Shown here in pieces: positions 36,942 to 45,496 of a stretch of DNA of 64,000 nt. The notes under the pieces are model-generated. The model saw nothing but the letters and a program-made list of their open reading frames with translations, was not told the origin of the DNA and did not search any database. The DNA is from a virus. A program made the translations under genes and the position numbers. Positions within the stretch are counted from its first letter, which is position 1, and every line of letters begins with the position of its first letter. Where the stretch lies: IMG/VR virus record IMGVR_UViG_3300045971_000188. One strand, written 5' to 3'.

Positions 36942-37415
36942 ATGATAACAGCAGATAGACTAAAAGAACTATTGTACTATGATAGCTATACTGGAATCTT
37001 TACTAGGAAATTAAGAACAGGAAGAACAGTTCATATTGGTGATATTGCTGGTGGAATTGGATCTGATGGTTACATCTCAATTAGTATAGACAATGAAAGG
37101 TATAGAGCACATAGATTAGCTTGGTTATATTCATATGGACATTGGCCTATAAATCAAATAGATCATATTAATGGTAAGCGAGATGATAATAGAATAGATA
37201 ACTTAAGAGATGTATCTGCTCTAGGTAATGCAAGAAACCAGACTATACCAAAAAGTGGCAGCACTACGGGGTATATAGGTGTCTTTAAAAAGAGAAATAA
37301 ATTTATAGCCTGTATAGGCATGAATTATAAAAAGATTCATATAGGCACATTTAGTACAGCTGAAGAAGCTAGTGAAGCCTATCAATCTTACAAACAAAAA
37401 TTACATACAATTTAA
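36942..37415 (+). CDS. HNH endonuclease with AP2-like domain (third paralog)
   Basis: YRAHRLAWLY..IDHINGKRDDNRIDNLRDV; TGYIGV..HIGTFSTAEEASEAY. Confidence 0.85.
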   Translation: MITADRLKELLYYDSYTGIFTRKLRTGRTVHIGDIAGGIGSDGYISISIDNERYRAHRLAWLYSYGHWPINQIDHINGKRDDNRIDNLRDVSALGNARNQTIPKSGSTTGYIGVFKKRNKFIACIGMNYKKIHIGTFSTAEEASEAYQSYKQKLHTI

Positions 37416-37430
37416 TTAGGAAAAATAAAG

Positions 37431-37919
37431 ATGGCAATATTAAGAAATGTACCTGTCCAATGGGCTTCAGTAACTAAACCTAACATCCAATTCGAGCCAG
37501 CATGGGAAATACAAGTTACTCTTACCACAGAGCAAGCCAAAGAATTGGTAGCAGAAGCTAAAGCTATTAACCCTAAGGGTATCAAGATTAAAAATGAGGA
37601 TGATGGTACTAAAACCTATCGCTTCAAAAGGAAGGTTAAGAAGGCTGATGGTGTCACTGAGAATAAAGCTCCAGTGGTATGTGGTCCTGGTGGGAAAGAT
37701 GATGTATTTGATAAGTTGATAGGTAATGGCAGCATCTGTAATATCCAATATGGATTTGCAGCCTATGATAATAAGTTTGGTAAGGGCGTTGTATCTGATC
37801 TGAAGGGTGTACAGGTTATTGTTCATGTACCATTTGGTGTGCAAGATGGTGATGAGTTTGGTGCTACAGATTCTACTCCACCCAAAAAAGATGAAAGCTA
37901 TGATGATGGTGACTTCTAG
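37431..37919 (+). CDS. Single-stranded DNA-binding protein (T7 gp2.5-like)
   Basis: OB-fold-like pattern, IGNGS, LKGVQVI, acidic tail ending in Phe (DDGDF). Confidence 0.7.
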   Translation: MAILRNVPVQWASVTKPNIQFEPAWEIQVTLTTEQAKELVAEAKAINPKGIKIKNEDDGTKTYRFKRKVKKADGVTENKAPVVCGPGGKDDVFDKLIGNGSICNIQYGFAAYDNKFGKGVVSDLKGVQVIVHVPFGVQDGDEFGATDSTPPKKDESYDDGDF

Positions 37920-37988
37920 CCTCTAACCACTCCCTGAATAAACTATAGCCAAGGATGGCTCCTTAAAACTAATGTTGAGAAATATTAA

Positions 37989-38189
37989 ATGTCAATTAAA
38001 GAAACAAAAAATTACGTATTGGTAGTAGCAAATAATAAAGATAAAACTGGATTTAGCTATCAGATAGTGAACAAAGAGCACAAGGTTATTGAGATAGAGA
38101 CTACTCTGTTGCCCCAAGCCCTTAGTCACATTGTGGATCTTCAGGAAGCTTTAGATGCTTGGAGTACACCAGCAACCCTTAGAGCATGA
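37989..38189 (+). CDS. Hypothetical protein
   Basis: Coupled to the exonuclease gene. Confidence 0.55.
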   Translation: MSIKETKNYVLVVANNKDKTGFSYQIVNKEHKVIEIETTLLPQALSHIVDLQEALDAWSTPATLRA

Positions 38190-39073
38190 GTAGGGTATGC
38201 TTGATTGATGGTGATGAGATAGCCTACAAAGTAGCCCTTAGATACCAACAGACTTGGTGGTGTACAGTTGATAAGGGTATGGTACTTCATCGCTTTAAGA
38301 ATAAAGAAGAAGCTGTAGAGTCTATAGGTAATAACCAAGAACTAGATCTAATCCAAGAGGTAGAGGCATTAGCCCCTAATGGTATGGAGGATATGATTGA
38401 CACTTATATCTCTGGAATACTATTAGCGACTAATGCTACCGATCTTAGATTGTATTTGTCAGGTTGTTGTAACTTTAGGTATCCCTTTGCAACTCTCACT
38501 CCCTATAAAGGTAATAGAGTCAAAGAGAATAAACCTATCTATTTAGAACAAGTAAAGAATGAATTGAGAGATAGAGGTGCTGAATCTTTAGACTTCTTAG
38601 AGGCTGATGATATGATGTCATCGGGAATATCACTCTTTAAAGATTCAGTGATTTGTAGTACTGACAAGGACTTAAGAACAGTTCCTTCTCTTAACTTCAA
38701 CATTTCTACTAAACTCCTTCAAGAAATTAAACCTGAGGTAGCTCGTTACAACTTCTTTAAACAATTGTTGATTGGTGATACTACAGACGCTATTCCCTCA
38801 CCATTCAACCTAGGTGAAGTAGGAGCCGAGAAGTTCTTAAGGTCGCTGAATGGATATGGTAAAGAGAGGGACTACTATCAGGCAATTGTCCCATTCTATC
38901 AAGGGTGGTTAAATAAAAAAGATAAAGATGGCAACTACAAAACTAAATGGTACAATAATAACTTGGATATCCATGATATCCTCTTTGAAATTGGTAATCT
39001 ACTCTGGATGCGGAGAACAAGAGATGAAAGTGAGAGATGGAATGTACCATTGGACTTTAAAGCAAATGTGTAA
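38186..39073 (+). CDS. 5'-3' exonuclease/RNase H (T7 gp6-like)
   Basis: LIDGDEIAY, YKGNR, LEADD, STDKDLRTVP, QLLIGDTTDAIP..GEVGAEK. Confidence 0.88.
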   Translation: MSRVCLIDGDEIAYKVALRYQQTWWCTVDKGMVLHRFKNKEEAVESIGNNQELDLIQEVEALAPNGMEDMIDTYISGILLATNATDLRLYLSGCCNFRYPFATLTPYKGNRVKENKPIYLEQVKNELRDRGAESLDFLEADDMMSSGISLFKDSVICSTDKDLRTVPSLNFNISTKLLQEIKPEVARYNFFKQLLIGDTTDAIPSPFNLGEVGAEKFLRSLNGYGKERDYYQAIVPFYQGWLNKKDKDGNYKTKWYNNNLDIHDILFEIGNLLWMRRTRDESERWNVPLDFKANV

Positions 39074-39254
39074 ACCTAAGAAGAAAGAAGAAGTTAAGCC
39101 TTGTCCCAACTGTACAGAAGGTAATGGAGTAGTTAGAAGTAACTATGGAGCACGTATGATGGTAAATGGTAAAACAAAACATCTAGGATATTTCTTAACA
39201 GTTCAAGATGCTGAAAGAGCATACATCAATTATAAGGAGACTCTTAGTGCCTAA
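39066..39254 (+). CDS. Small protein with CxxC and isolated AP2-like domain
   Basis: C-terminal part of track ORF 38928-39254: CPNC then YGARMMVNGKTKHLGYFLTVQDAERAY. Confidence 0.5.
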   Translation: MCKPKKKEEVKPCPNCTEGNGVVRSNYGARMMVNGKTKHLGYFLTVQDAERAYINYKETLSA

Positions 39255-39678
39255 GAGGATATCAAAGAACCCGATGAAACAAACTAATTGGGCTCAGTAT
39301 AAATCTACTCAACTTCGTAGTTCTTGGAGATCTAGAGCCATGAAATATGGGGAAAATTTAGATAACATACCTACTCGTATAGAGATACAAGCATGGTTAG
39401 AAGCTCAGCAGCCTATCTCTTGTTATATAGCTGGTACATTTATAAGTACAGAGGTTGTTGAGGTAGATCATAAGATCCCAATTTGTAGAGGTGGTAGTTT
39501 TGCCCTAGATAATATGGGCTGTACCTCCAGGTACTACAATAATGTAAAGGGCTCTATGACTGAAGAGGAGTTTAGATCCCTACTGAAAACTGTTAAAACT
39601 TGGGAGGATAAGGGTGATGCACTCTTCAAAAGGTTAATGGCCTCCAATCACATCTACTCTAAATTTAGAAGGAAGTAA
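39208..39678 (+). CDS. HNH endonuclease (possible resolvase at the T7 gp3-equivalent position)
   Basis: CYIAG...VDHKIPICRGG...DNMGCTSRYYNNVKG. Confidence 0.75.
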   Translation: MLKEHTSIIRRLLVPKRISKNPMKQTNWAQYKSTQLRSSWRSRAMKYGENLDNIPTRIEIQAWLEAQQPISCYIAGTFISTEVVEVDHKIPICRGGSFALDNMGCTSRYYNNVKGSMTEEEFRSLLKTVKTWEDKGDALFKRLMASNHIYSKFRRK

Positions 39679-39679
39679 A

Positions 39680-40363
39680 ATGAATATAAATGAAGTACTT
39701 AAAGCAATTAATGAAGCACAGAGATTTATAAATAAGGCAGATGCTTATATTGAAGCTGAGAGAGGTAAAAGTGCAAGTTATCTTATAATCCCTAAAGAAT
39801 CTGGTGCTCTTAGAAGGAGTAGTATGGATCTAACAAGGGCTTTAGCGGAACTTAGAAAATGAATAAAATTAAAGATGCCCTATACCTCTTAGATACCATC
39901 AGAGAAATGTTGTTGATGGAGAGTATACACGGAGGTAGTTTATATGGGTTGGATGAGTACTCACAGCCTATTATTATTTTAAATGAGTGTATGAAACGAC
40001 TGGAGAAAGAAGAATGATGAAATTAATAGCAGATATAGTAATACTGGCAGCAATCTTTCTCTTCTTTTACTTTATAAATGTAGAGAGAAAGAAGTAGTGC
40101 TGACTTTGGTAGGGGATACAGATACAAAAGAAGCAAAGAAGTGCTTTAGGATAACCTACACTTCTGGGGAGGTAGAGGTAATACTAGCTACTTCTCTAGG
40201 GGTTACAGAGGACTTAGGGGGATTTGTTACTTTCTATATAGAAAACAGGATATTTGAAGAGGAGTTGGTGTGTTTAGTAAATCAATCTACAATCAGAAAA
40301 ATAGAGACTATTGTAGCACCTAAGGTTACTTTTATAGTTAATGGAGAGAAGAGGTATGAATGA
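39680..40363 (+). other. Small hypothetical ORFs (39680-39862, 40097-40363 and short ORFs between)
   Basis: Coupled plus-strand ORFs. Confidence 0.5.
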
Positions 40364-40953
40364 TTGTTAGAAAACTAAGTGAATATGGAAGAGAGGAGGC
40401 TCTATTAGGCTTATCTCTCTCCTTCTATGATCACCAAGACAATATACAAGACTGGTGGTACGAGAGTGGTAAGGAGGTTAAAGCAGCTAAACAAGCAGGG
40501 GTTCTAGCCTTTAAAGGTTTAGGGCATAACAAATACCTTGCAAGTATAGGTGTCTGGTTGTACATACAGGCTGCTAGATGCTGGTGGTCTGAGTTTGATA
40601 CCTATAAAGTTGGAGTTACAGCTAACTCTTCTTCTACCATGCATACCCTTTCCCGTAGGCAAACAAATGAAAACGATTTTGAACAAGGTACTTCTTTATC
40701 TTCTATTGAGGCATTCAACTCTTGCCTTCAAGATTATAAAGATCCTGAATCTACTTTCTATCACGATATAACCCGACTAAAACTTAATTTACCTGAGGGT
40801 TGGTTGCAGGAGAGACAAGTGTTTTGTAACTATATGTCCCTTCAAAATATTATTAAACAACGAACTGGTCATCGACTAGATTACTGGGATATCTTTTGTG
40901 ATAGAGTATTAGAACAAGTAGATTATCCAGAATTATTAAAGGAACAAGAATGA
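40360..40953 (+). CDS. ThyX-like flavin-dependent thymidylate synthase family protein
   Basis: GHNKYL..I.V...I.A.R.WWSEFDTY.VG.T.NSSSTMH; LPEGWLQ.R...NY.SL.NI..QR..HRL..W; canonical RHR motif not seen. Confidence 0.6.
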   Translation: MIVRKLSEYGREEALLGLSLSFYDHQDNIQDWWYESGKEVKAAKQAGVLAFKGLGHNKYLASIGVWLYIQAARCWWSEFDTYKVGVTANSSSTMHTLSRRQTNENDFEQGTSLSSIEAFNSCLQDYKDPESTFYHDITRLKLNLPEGWLQERQVFCNYMSLQNIIKQRTGHRLDYWDIFCDRVLEQVDYPELLKEQE

Positions 40954-41363
40954 AAGAGACAATATATTTTTCAGATGGAAGTTATAAGTATGTATTCCCA
41001 GAGCCTAAAGTACCTGAAGTAGCTGGAGGAATAACTTTAGTCGACTCTATTAACCCTCATATACCTGGAGCCAAGTTAGACTCCGAGAAGCCTATGATGG
41101 ATTTGGTATTTGGTGATTTCTCTAAGGCACTGGTAGAGGTAACTAAGGTAGGAACTATGGGAGCTAAGAAATACAGTGAACATGGTTGGCTGGAAGTACC
41201 TGATGCTAAAACCCGTTATCTATCAGCTATGCAGCGTCACTATTACAATCATAAAGATAGTGATATAAATGATGTGGACGATGAATCTCACTTACTCCAC
41301 TTAGCTCACATGGCTTGGAATGCTTTGGCCTCACTAGAGCTTCACCTTAGGACTCTAGGATGA
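40950..41363 (+). CDS. dATP/dGTP diphosphohydrolase-like (DUF5664) protein
   Basis: GAKLDSEKP, AL.EV.KV...GA.KY..HGW, RY..AM.RH, HLAH.AWNAL. Confidence 0.8.
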   Translation: MKETIYFSDGSYKYVFPEPKVPEVAGGITLVDSINPHIPGAKLDSEKPMMDLVFGDFSKALVEVTKVGTMGAKKYSEHGWLEVPDAKTRYLSAMQRHYYNHKDSDINDVDDESHLLHLAHMAWNALASLELHLRTLG

Positions 41364-41716
41364 TCACTACAACTCTTCTCTGTCTTACTCTAAACATATA
41401 TCATGAGAGCAGAGGAGAATCTATAGAAACCCAAGAGGCAGTAGCTACCATTACCCTAAACAGATCTAAGAAATTAGGGAAGGGTGTTTGTAAGGTAGTC
41501 TACACTCCCTCAGCTTTCTCTTGGACTCGACATGGCTCCATGAAGATAAGGGATAAGGTAGCCTTTGAGAGAGCTAAGAGAGTGGCAGAAGGGTGTCTAA
41601 GGGGTAGGGTTAATGGTAAGGTGGGTGACAGACTTTACTTTAACGAGAAGAGATTAGGTAAACGATTTAAAACTAAACATAAACCTATTGTTATAGGTAA
41701 ACTAATAATGTATTAA
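41360..41716 (+). CDS. SleB-like cell wall hydrolase
   Basis: CLTLNIYHESRGE..Q.AVA...LNR...C.VVY...AFSW; IGKLIMY. Confidence 0.85.
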   Translation: MITTTLLCLTLNIYHESRGESIETQEAVATITLNRSKKLGKGVCKVVYTPSAFSWTRHGSMKIRDKVAFERAKRVAEGCLRGRVNGKVGDRLYFNEKRLGKRFKTKHKPIVIGKLIMY

Positions 41717-41724
41717 GGAAATAA

Positions 41725-43698
41725 ATGAATAAGAAACCTTCGGCGCGAGCAGAAATAATAACACGTAGAACCTATAATAGAAATTTGAATGATGAAGGTA
41801 CTAAGTTTGAAACATGGGAACAAACAGTAGATAGAGTTATCTTTCATCAAGAGTGGCTATGGACTAGAGCTAAGAAAAGTATACTGTCTGAAGAAGAAGC
41901 AGAGGAGTTAGAGCAACTCAGACTCTTAATGCTATCTAGAAAAATGAGCGTATCCGGTAGAACTCTCTGGCTAGGGGGTACTGAGGTAGCTCGAAAAAGA
42001 GAGGCATCACAGTTCAATTGTGCTCATACCTATGTTGAAACTGTATATGACGTAGTAGATTGTCTATGGCTATTATTGCAGGGGTGTGGTGTAGGATTCA
42101 CTCCAGTAATAGGAAGTTTAAACGGCTTCTCTAAACCAATAAAAGAGATAGAAGTAATTAGATCAGTTAGGACATGTAAAGGTGGTGATGAGAACAATTC
42201 AGAGGAGTGGGATTCAACCAACAGAATTTGGACAATTAGAGTTGGAGATAGTGCAGAAGCTTGGGCCAAAAGTATTGGCAAGTTGCTTGCTGGAAAGTAT
42301 CCCGCCAATAAACTTATACTCGATTACTCAAGTATACGGCCTGCTGGCGAGCGTCTTAAAGGTTACGGATGGATATCATCAGGGGATGCATCAATAAGTA
42401 CTGCCTATTCTGCCATTGCCACTATCATGAATAAGAGAGCTGGCAGCCTATTGACAGCTATAGATATATTGGATATACTCAACTGGTTAGGTACTGTTCT
42501 TTCGTCCCGTAGATCAGCTGAGATTGCCTTGATGGATGCCTCTAATCCTGAATGGAGAGCATTTGTAACTGCCAAGAAAGATATTGATGTTGCAGGTAAC
42601 TACCAACGCTATCAATCCAATAATTCTTTAGTATTCTATACCAAACCAAGCTATGAGAGATTAACAGAAATCTTTGACTTGATGATAGAATCTGGTGGGT
42701 CAGAGCCAGGATTTATAAATGGTGAAGCAGCTTTAAGAAGAGCCCCTTGGTTCAAAGGTGTTAATCCATGTGGAGAGATACTCTTAGGTAACAAATCATT
42801 CTGTAATTTAGTAGAGGTTGATGTAGGTAAGTTTCATGGTAATGATTCAGGACTTAGAGAAGCTATTATTATTGCAGCTCGAGCTAACTACAGACAGACC
42901 TGTGTTAATTTAGAAGATGGAATACTGCAGGAGGCTTGGCATTTAAACAATGAGTTCCTAAGGTTATGTGGTGTAGGTATTACAGGTATAGCACGTAGAC
43001 CTGACTTAAATGAATATGACTACACTAACCTCCAAAGAATAGCTACAAGTGCAGCTTATGGTATGGCAGAAGAATTAAATACCCCTTACCCCAAGAATGT
43101 AACTACAGTTAAACCATCTGGTACTCTCTCTAAGATTATGGATACTACTGAAGGAGTTCATACCCCCCTTGGTAGGTACATATTTAACAATGTCAACTTT
43201 GGGAAGCATGATCCTTTACTATCCAAGTTGAAAGACGCTGGCTATAAGGTACTACCTAATCCTGCAGATAGAGAAGGTGTGTTAGTAACTTTTCCGGTAT
43301 GTTGGGAAGATGTAGATTTTACTGAAGTTAATGGTACTCTAATCAACACTACCTCTGCTGTAGATCAGTTGAAGAAGTATAAGCTCCTCCAGAACAATTG
43401 GACCCAGCATAATACCTCAGTAACTATTTCCTATGATCTGGATGAAGTAGAGTCTATTAAAGAGTGGTTATTATCTAATTGGAATAGTTATGTAGGCGTA
43501 TCCTTTATTTATCGTACAGATCCTACTAAAACTGCTAAGGACTTAGGTTATCTATACCTACCCCAGGAAGTAGTTACTAAAGAGGTCTTTGAAGAATATG
43601 CTGCCCGATTAGAACCAGTAAGTATAGATGAAGGTACTGACTCATTCTTTGAGTTAGAAAGTGATGAATGTATTTCAGGTGTGTGCCCAGTAAAATGA
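41725..43698 (+). CDS. nrdJ: Class II (B12-dependent, monomeric RTPR-type) ribonucleotide reductase
   Basis: RRTYNR, GRTLWLGG, FNC, GVNPCGEI, CNL, TTVKPSGTLS, C-terminal CxxGxCP. Confidence 0.9.
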   Translation: MNKKPSARAEIITRRTYNRNLNDEGTKFETWEQTVDRVIFHQEWLWTRAKKSILSEEEAEELEQLRLLMLSRKMSVSGRTLWLGGTEVARKREASQFNCAHTYVETVYDVVDCLWLLLQGCGVGFTPVIGSLNGFSKPIKEIEVIRSVRTCKGGDENNSEEWDSTNRIWTIRVGDSAEAWAKSIGKLLAGKYPANKLILDYSSIRPAGERLKGYGWISSGDASISTAYSAIATIMNKRAGSLLTAIDILDILNWLGTVLSSRRSAEIALMDASNPEWRAFVTAKKDIDVAGNYQRYQSNNSLVFYTKPSYERLTEIFDLMIESGGSEPGFINGEAALRRAPWFKGVNPCGEILLGNKSFCNLVEVDVGKFHGNDSGLREAIIIAARANYRQTCVNLEDGILQEAWHLNNEFLRLCGVGITGIARRPDLNEYDYTNLQRIATSAAYGMAEELNTPYPKNVTTVKPSGTLSKIMDTTEGVHTPLGRYIFNNVNFGKHDPLLSKLKDAGYKVLPNPADREGVLVTFPVCWEDVDFTEVNGTLINTTSAVDQLKKYKLLQNNWTQHNTSVTISYDLDEVESIKEWLLSNWNSYVGVSFIYRTDPTKTAKDLGYLYLPQEVVTKEVFEEYAARLEPVSIDEGTDSFFELESDECISGVCPVK

Positions 43699-44127
43699 TA
43701 GACTCAAGATATTATATAGAATACCTACCCCTAATGAAAACCCATGTAATCCGTGATAACCATCAGCCTAAATTAGTTAAGCTGGTAGAACATTGGGAAG
43801 ATGCAATAATGATTTTAGATAATCTCACTAAGGAATATAATGAAAAAAATAAGTAAGAAACAATTTAAGCTAGCAATCACTGCAGTATCTAATGGAGTTT
43901 ATTACTCTGCCAATCCAGATAGACAAGAGGTGCTGCAAGACGCTGCTATCTCTGACCTAAAAGATCTAAGTCCAGAGGAGAAAGAGAAGTACATGGAGCT
44001 GCGGGAGTTTGGTAAGAACCTTTATTTAGTATATCCTAAGGGTACTACAGAAGATGAGGTATTACTGGAATATGTAGATACAGTCTTCAACTTTATTAAG
44101 AAGGAGGAAGATAATGAAGGTATTTGA
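43668..44127 (+). other. Two small hypothetical ORFs (43668-43856, 43840-44127)
   Basis: Coupled ORFs. Confidence 0.5.
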
Positions 44128-44265
44128 AGGTAGTTATTCAGAAGAAAAGATCTATGAAGACTTAACAGACGATATATTCGTAGTGTTAAGTGATGCAGAC
44201 TATATCCCTGAAAGTCCTCAAGGAATCAAGTCAGGTACATTTACAATTTCAATTGACTGGGAGAG

Positions 44266-44424
44266 ATGATGTTAAAGATGATAATGTTTATAGGTTGGTG
44301 TGTGGTTGGAATAGAGTTGTTTATCGGCTTGAACATACTAGTCTCTCAAGATAATCCTTGTTCTACATTTACCCATCATCCAGCTGCTTGTAGCTCAGAT
44401 CTTACTCAAGATATAGGTAAATAG
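44266..44424 (+). CDS. 52-aa single-TM protein with a Cys pair (not in track)
   Basis: GGGAG RBS; MMLKMIMFIGWCVVGIELFIGLNILV...PC...AC. Confidence 0.5.
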   Translation: MMLKMIMFIGWCVVGIELFIGLNILVSQDNPCSTFTHHPAACSSDLTQDIGK

Positions 44425-44506
44425 GAGAAGTGTCATTGCAAAGGTAAAAATTAACTATGACCAACAAAAATCTTGGTTTGATACTCCTACAGGCACACCA
44501 GAAGAG

Positions 44507-45061
44507 ATGGGGGAAGCGTTTGAAGTAGCATCTAGTTATATGTATAAACTATTGGACTACTCAGATAAAAAGGAGGAGATACCTGATGATGTACTAGCTA
44601 AGGAGAGAAGGATCTTTTCTTTCTGTAAGGTAGGTCCTAGGGCTGGCTACTTTAGGTTAGATCCAATGAGCAAGTTGGTAAGTGCAGATGTATTGTATAT
44701 GCTAACCTCTACCCTACCTGCCAAGTATATAGCTGCTAAATTTGGGATGTGTGAGAGGAAAGTTAGAGCTATTAGATGTGGAGAGACGGAGGAGTGGTAT
44801 TGGGAGTATCTATTGATCAGACGATTAAAAACGATAATTCGAGCTACCTACAGACTCTCCAAGAAGACTACTAGCTCTGCAGCCTATTCCCTTTCTAAGT
44901 TGGTAGGTATAGATAAGTATGAAATACTACTCTATGCTTCAGGTAAATATAAGTTAGTCAGACTTCGTAAGGATATAATTAAACCTAAAGAGTATGATGA
45001 ACTAGTTAAGAATAAAACATTAGATATTATATATCCCATTAAACAAATAGAATTATTATGA
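44507..45061 (+). CDS. Putative HTH DNA-binding protein; frame open upstream to 44417
   Basis: PAKYIAAKFGMCERKVRAIRCG helix-turn-helix pattern. Confidence 0.55.
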   Translation: MGEAFEVASSYMYKLLDYSDKKEEIPDDVLAKERRIFSFCKVGPRAGYFRLDPMSKLVSADVLYMLTSTLPAKYIAAKFGMCERKVRAIRCGETEEWYWEYLLIRRLKTIIRATYRLSKKTTSSAAYSLSKLVGIDKYEILLYASGKYKLVRLRKDIIKPKEYDELVKNKTLDIIYPIKQIELL

Positions 45062-45282
45062 TAGAAAGATTTTTAAGAGTGCAAGAACAAAAAGAAGTTC
45101 TTAAAGAAAGAATAAAGTTACTCGAGAGACTACTGGGCAGTAGCAATCAATGTAAAGAAGATTTAATATTAGTTATTAAAGATATGAATAATGCCCTTAA
45201 TCATAAAGAAGAAGAGCTAACTCATGTATCTGATAGACTTAATAGACTATATACTCTTAAGGGTAATGGAGGATGGGACTAA
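45058..45282 (+). CDS. Small coiled-coil protein, last middle gene
   Basis: Heptad pattern. Confidence 0.55.
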   Translation: MIERFLRVQEQKEVLKERIKLLERLLGSSNQCKEDLILVIKDMNNALNHKEEELTHVSDRLNRLYTLKGNGGWD

Positions 45283-45359
45283 GGGATAACTAAATAAAGA
45301 TCTATATGTCTATAGGTACTATATAGTTATATTAATAAGATATATAATAACTAAATAAC

Positions 45360-45398
45360 TACCTATAGATATATAGATTCACCCTAGGCTACCGCAGT
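45360..45398 (-). repeat. Conserved promoter-proximal element, copy 3
   Basis: Minus strand ACTGCGGTAGCCTAGGGTGAATCTATATATCTATAGGTA. Confidence 0.75.
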
Positions 45399-45404
45399 GA
45401 GGTT

Positions 45405-45433
45405 ATTATACCACACCTTTTCCATTTTGTCAA
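45405..45433 (-). promoter_or_regulatory. Perfect sigma70 promoter, antisense to middle genes
   Basis: TTGACA-N17-TATAAT with TG extension; predicted +1 at A45398. Confidence 0.8.
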
Positions 45434-45455
45434 CCCCCCTAAATTTTAGGCAACA

Positions 45456-45495
45456 AAAAGCCCCTATAGATCACTTAAGATCTATAGGGGCTTTT
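45456..45495. terminator. Bidirectional intrinsic terminator between convergent operons
   Basis: Perfect 17-bp inverted repeat AAAAGCCCCTATAGATC/GATCTATAGGGGCTTTT giving U-tracts on both strands. Confidence 0.9.
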
Positions 45496-45496
45496 C

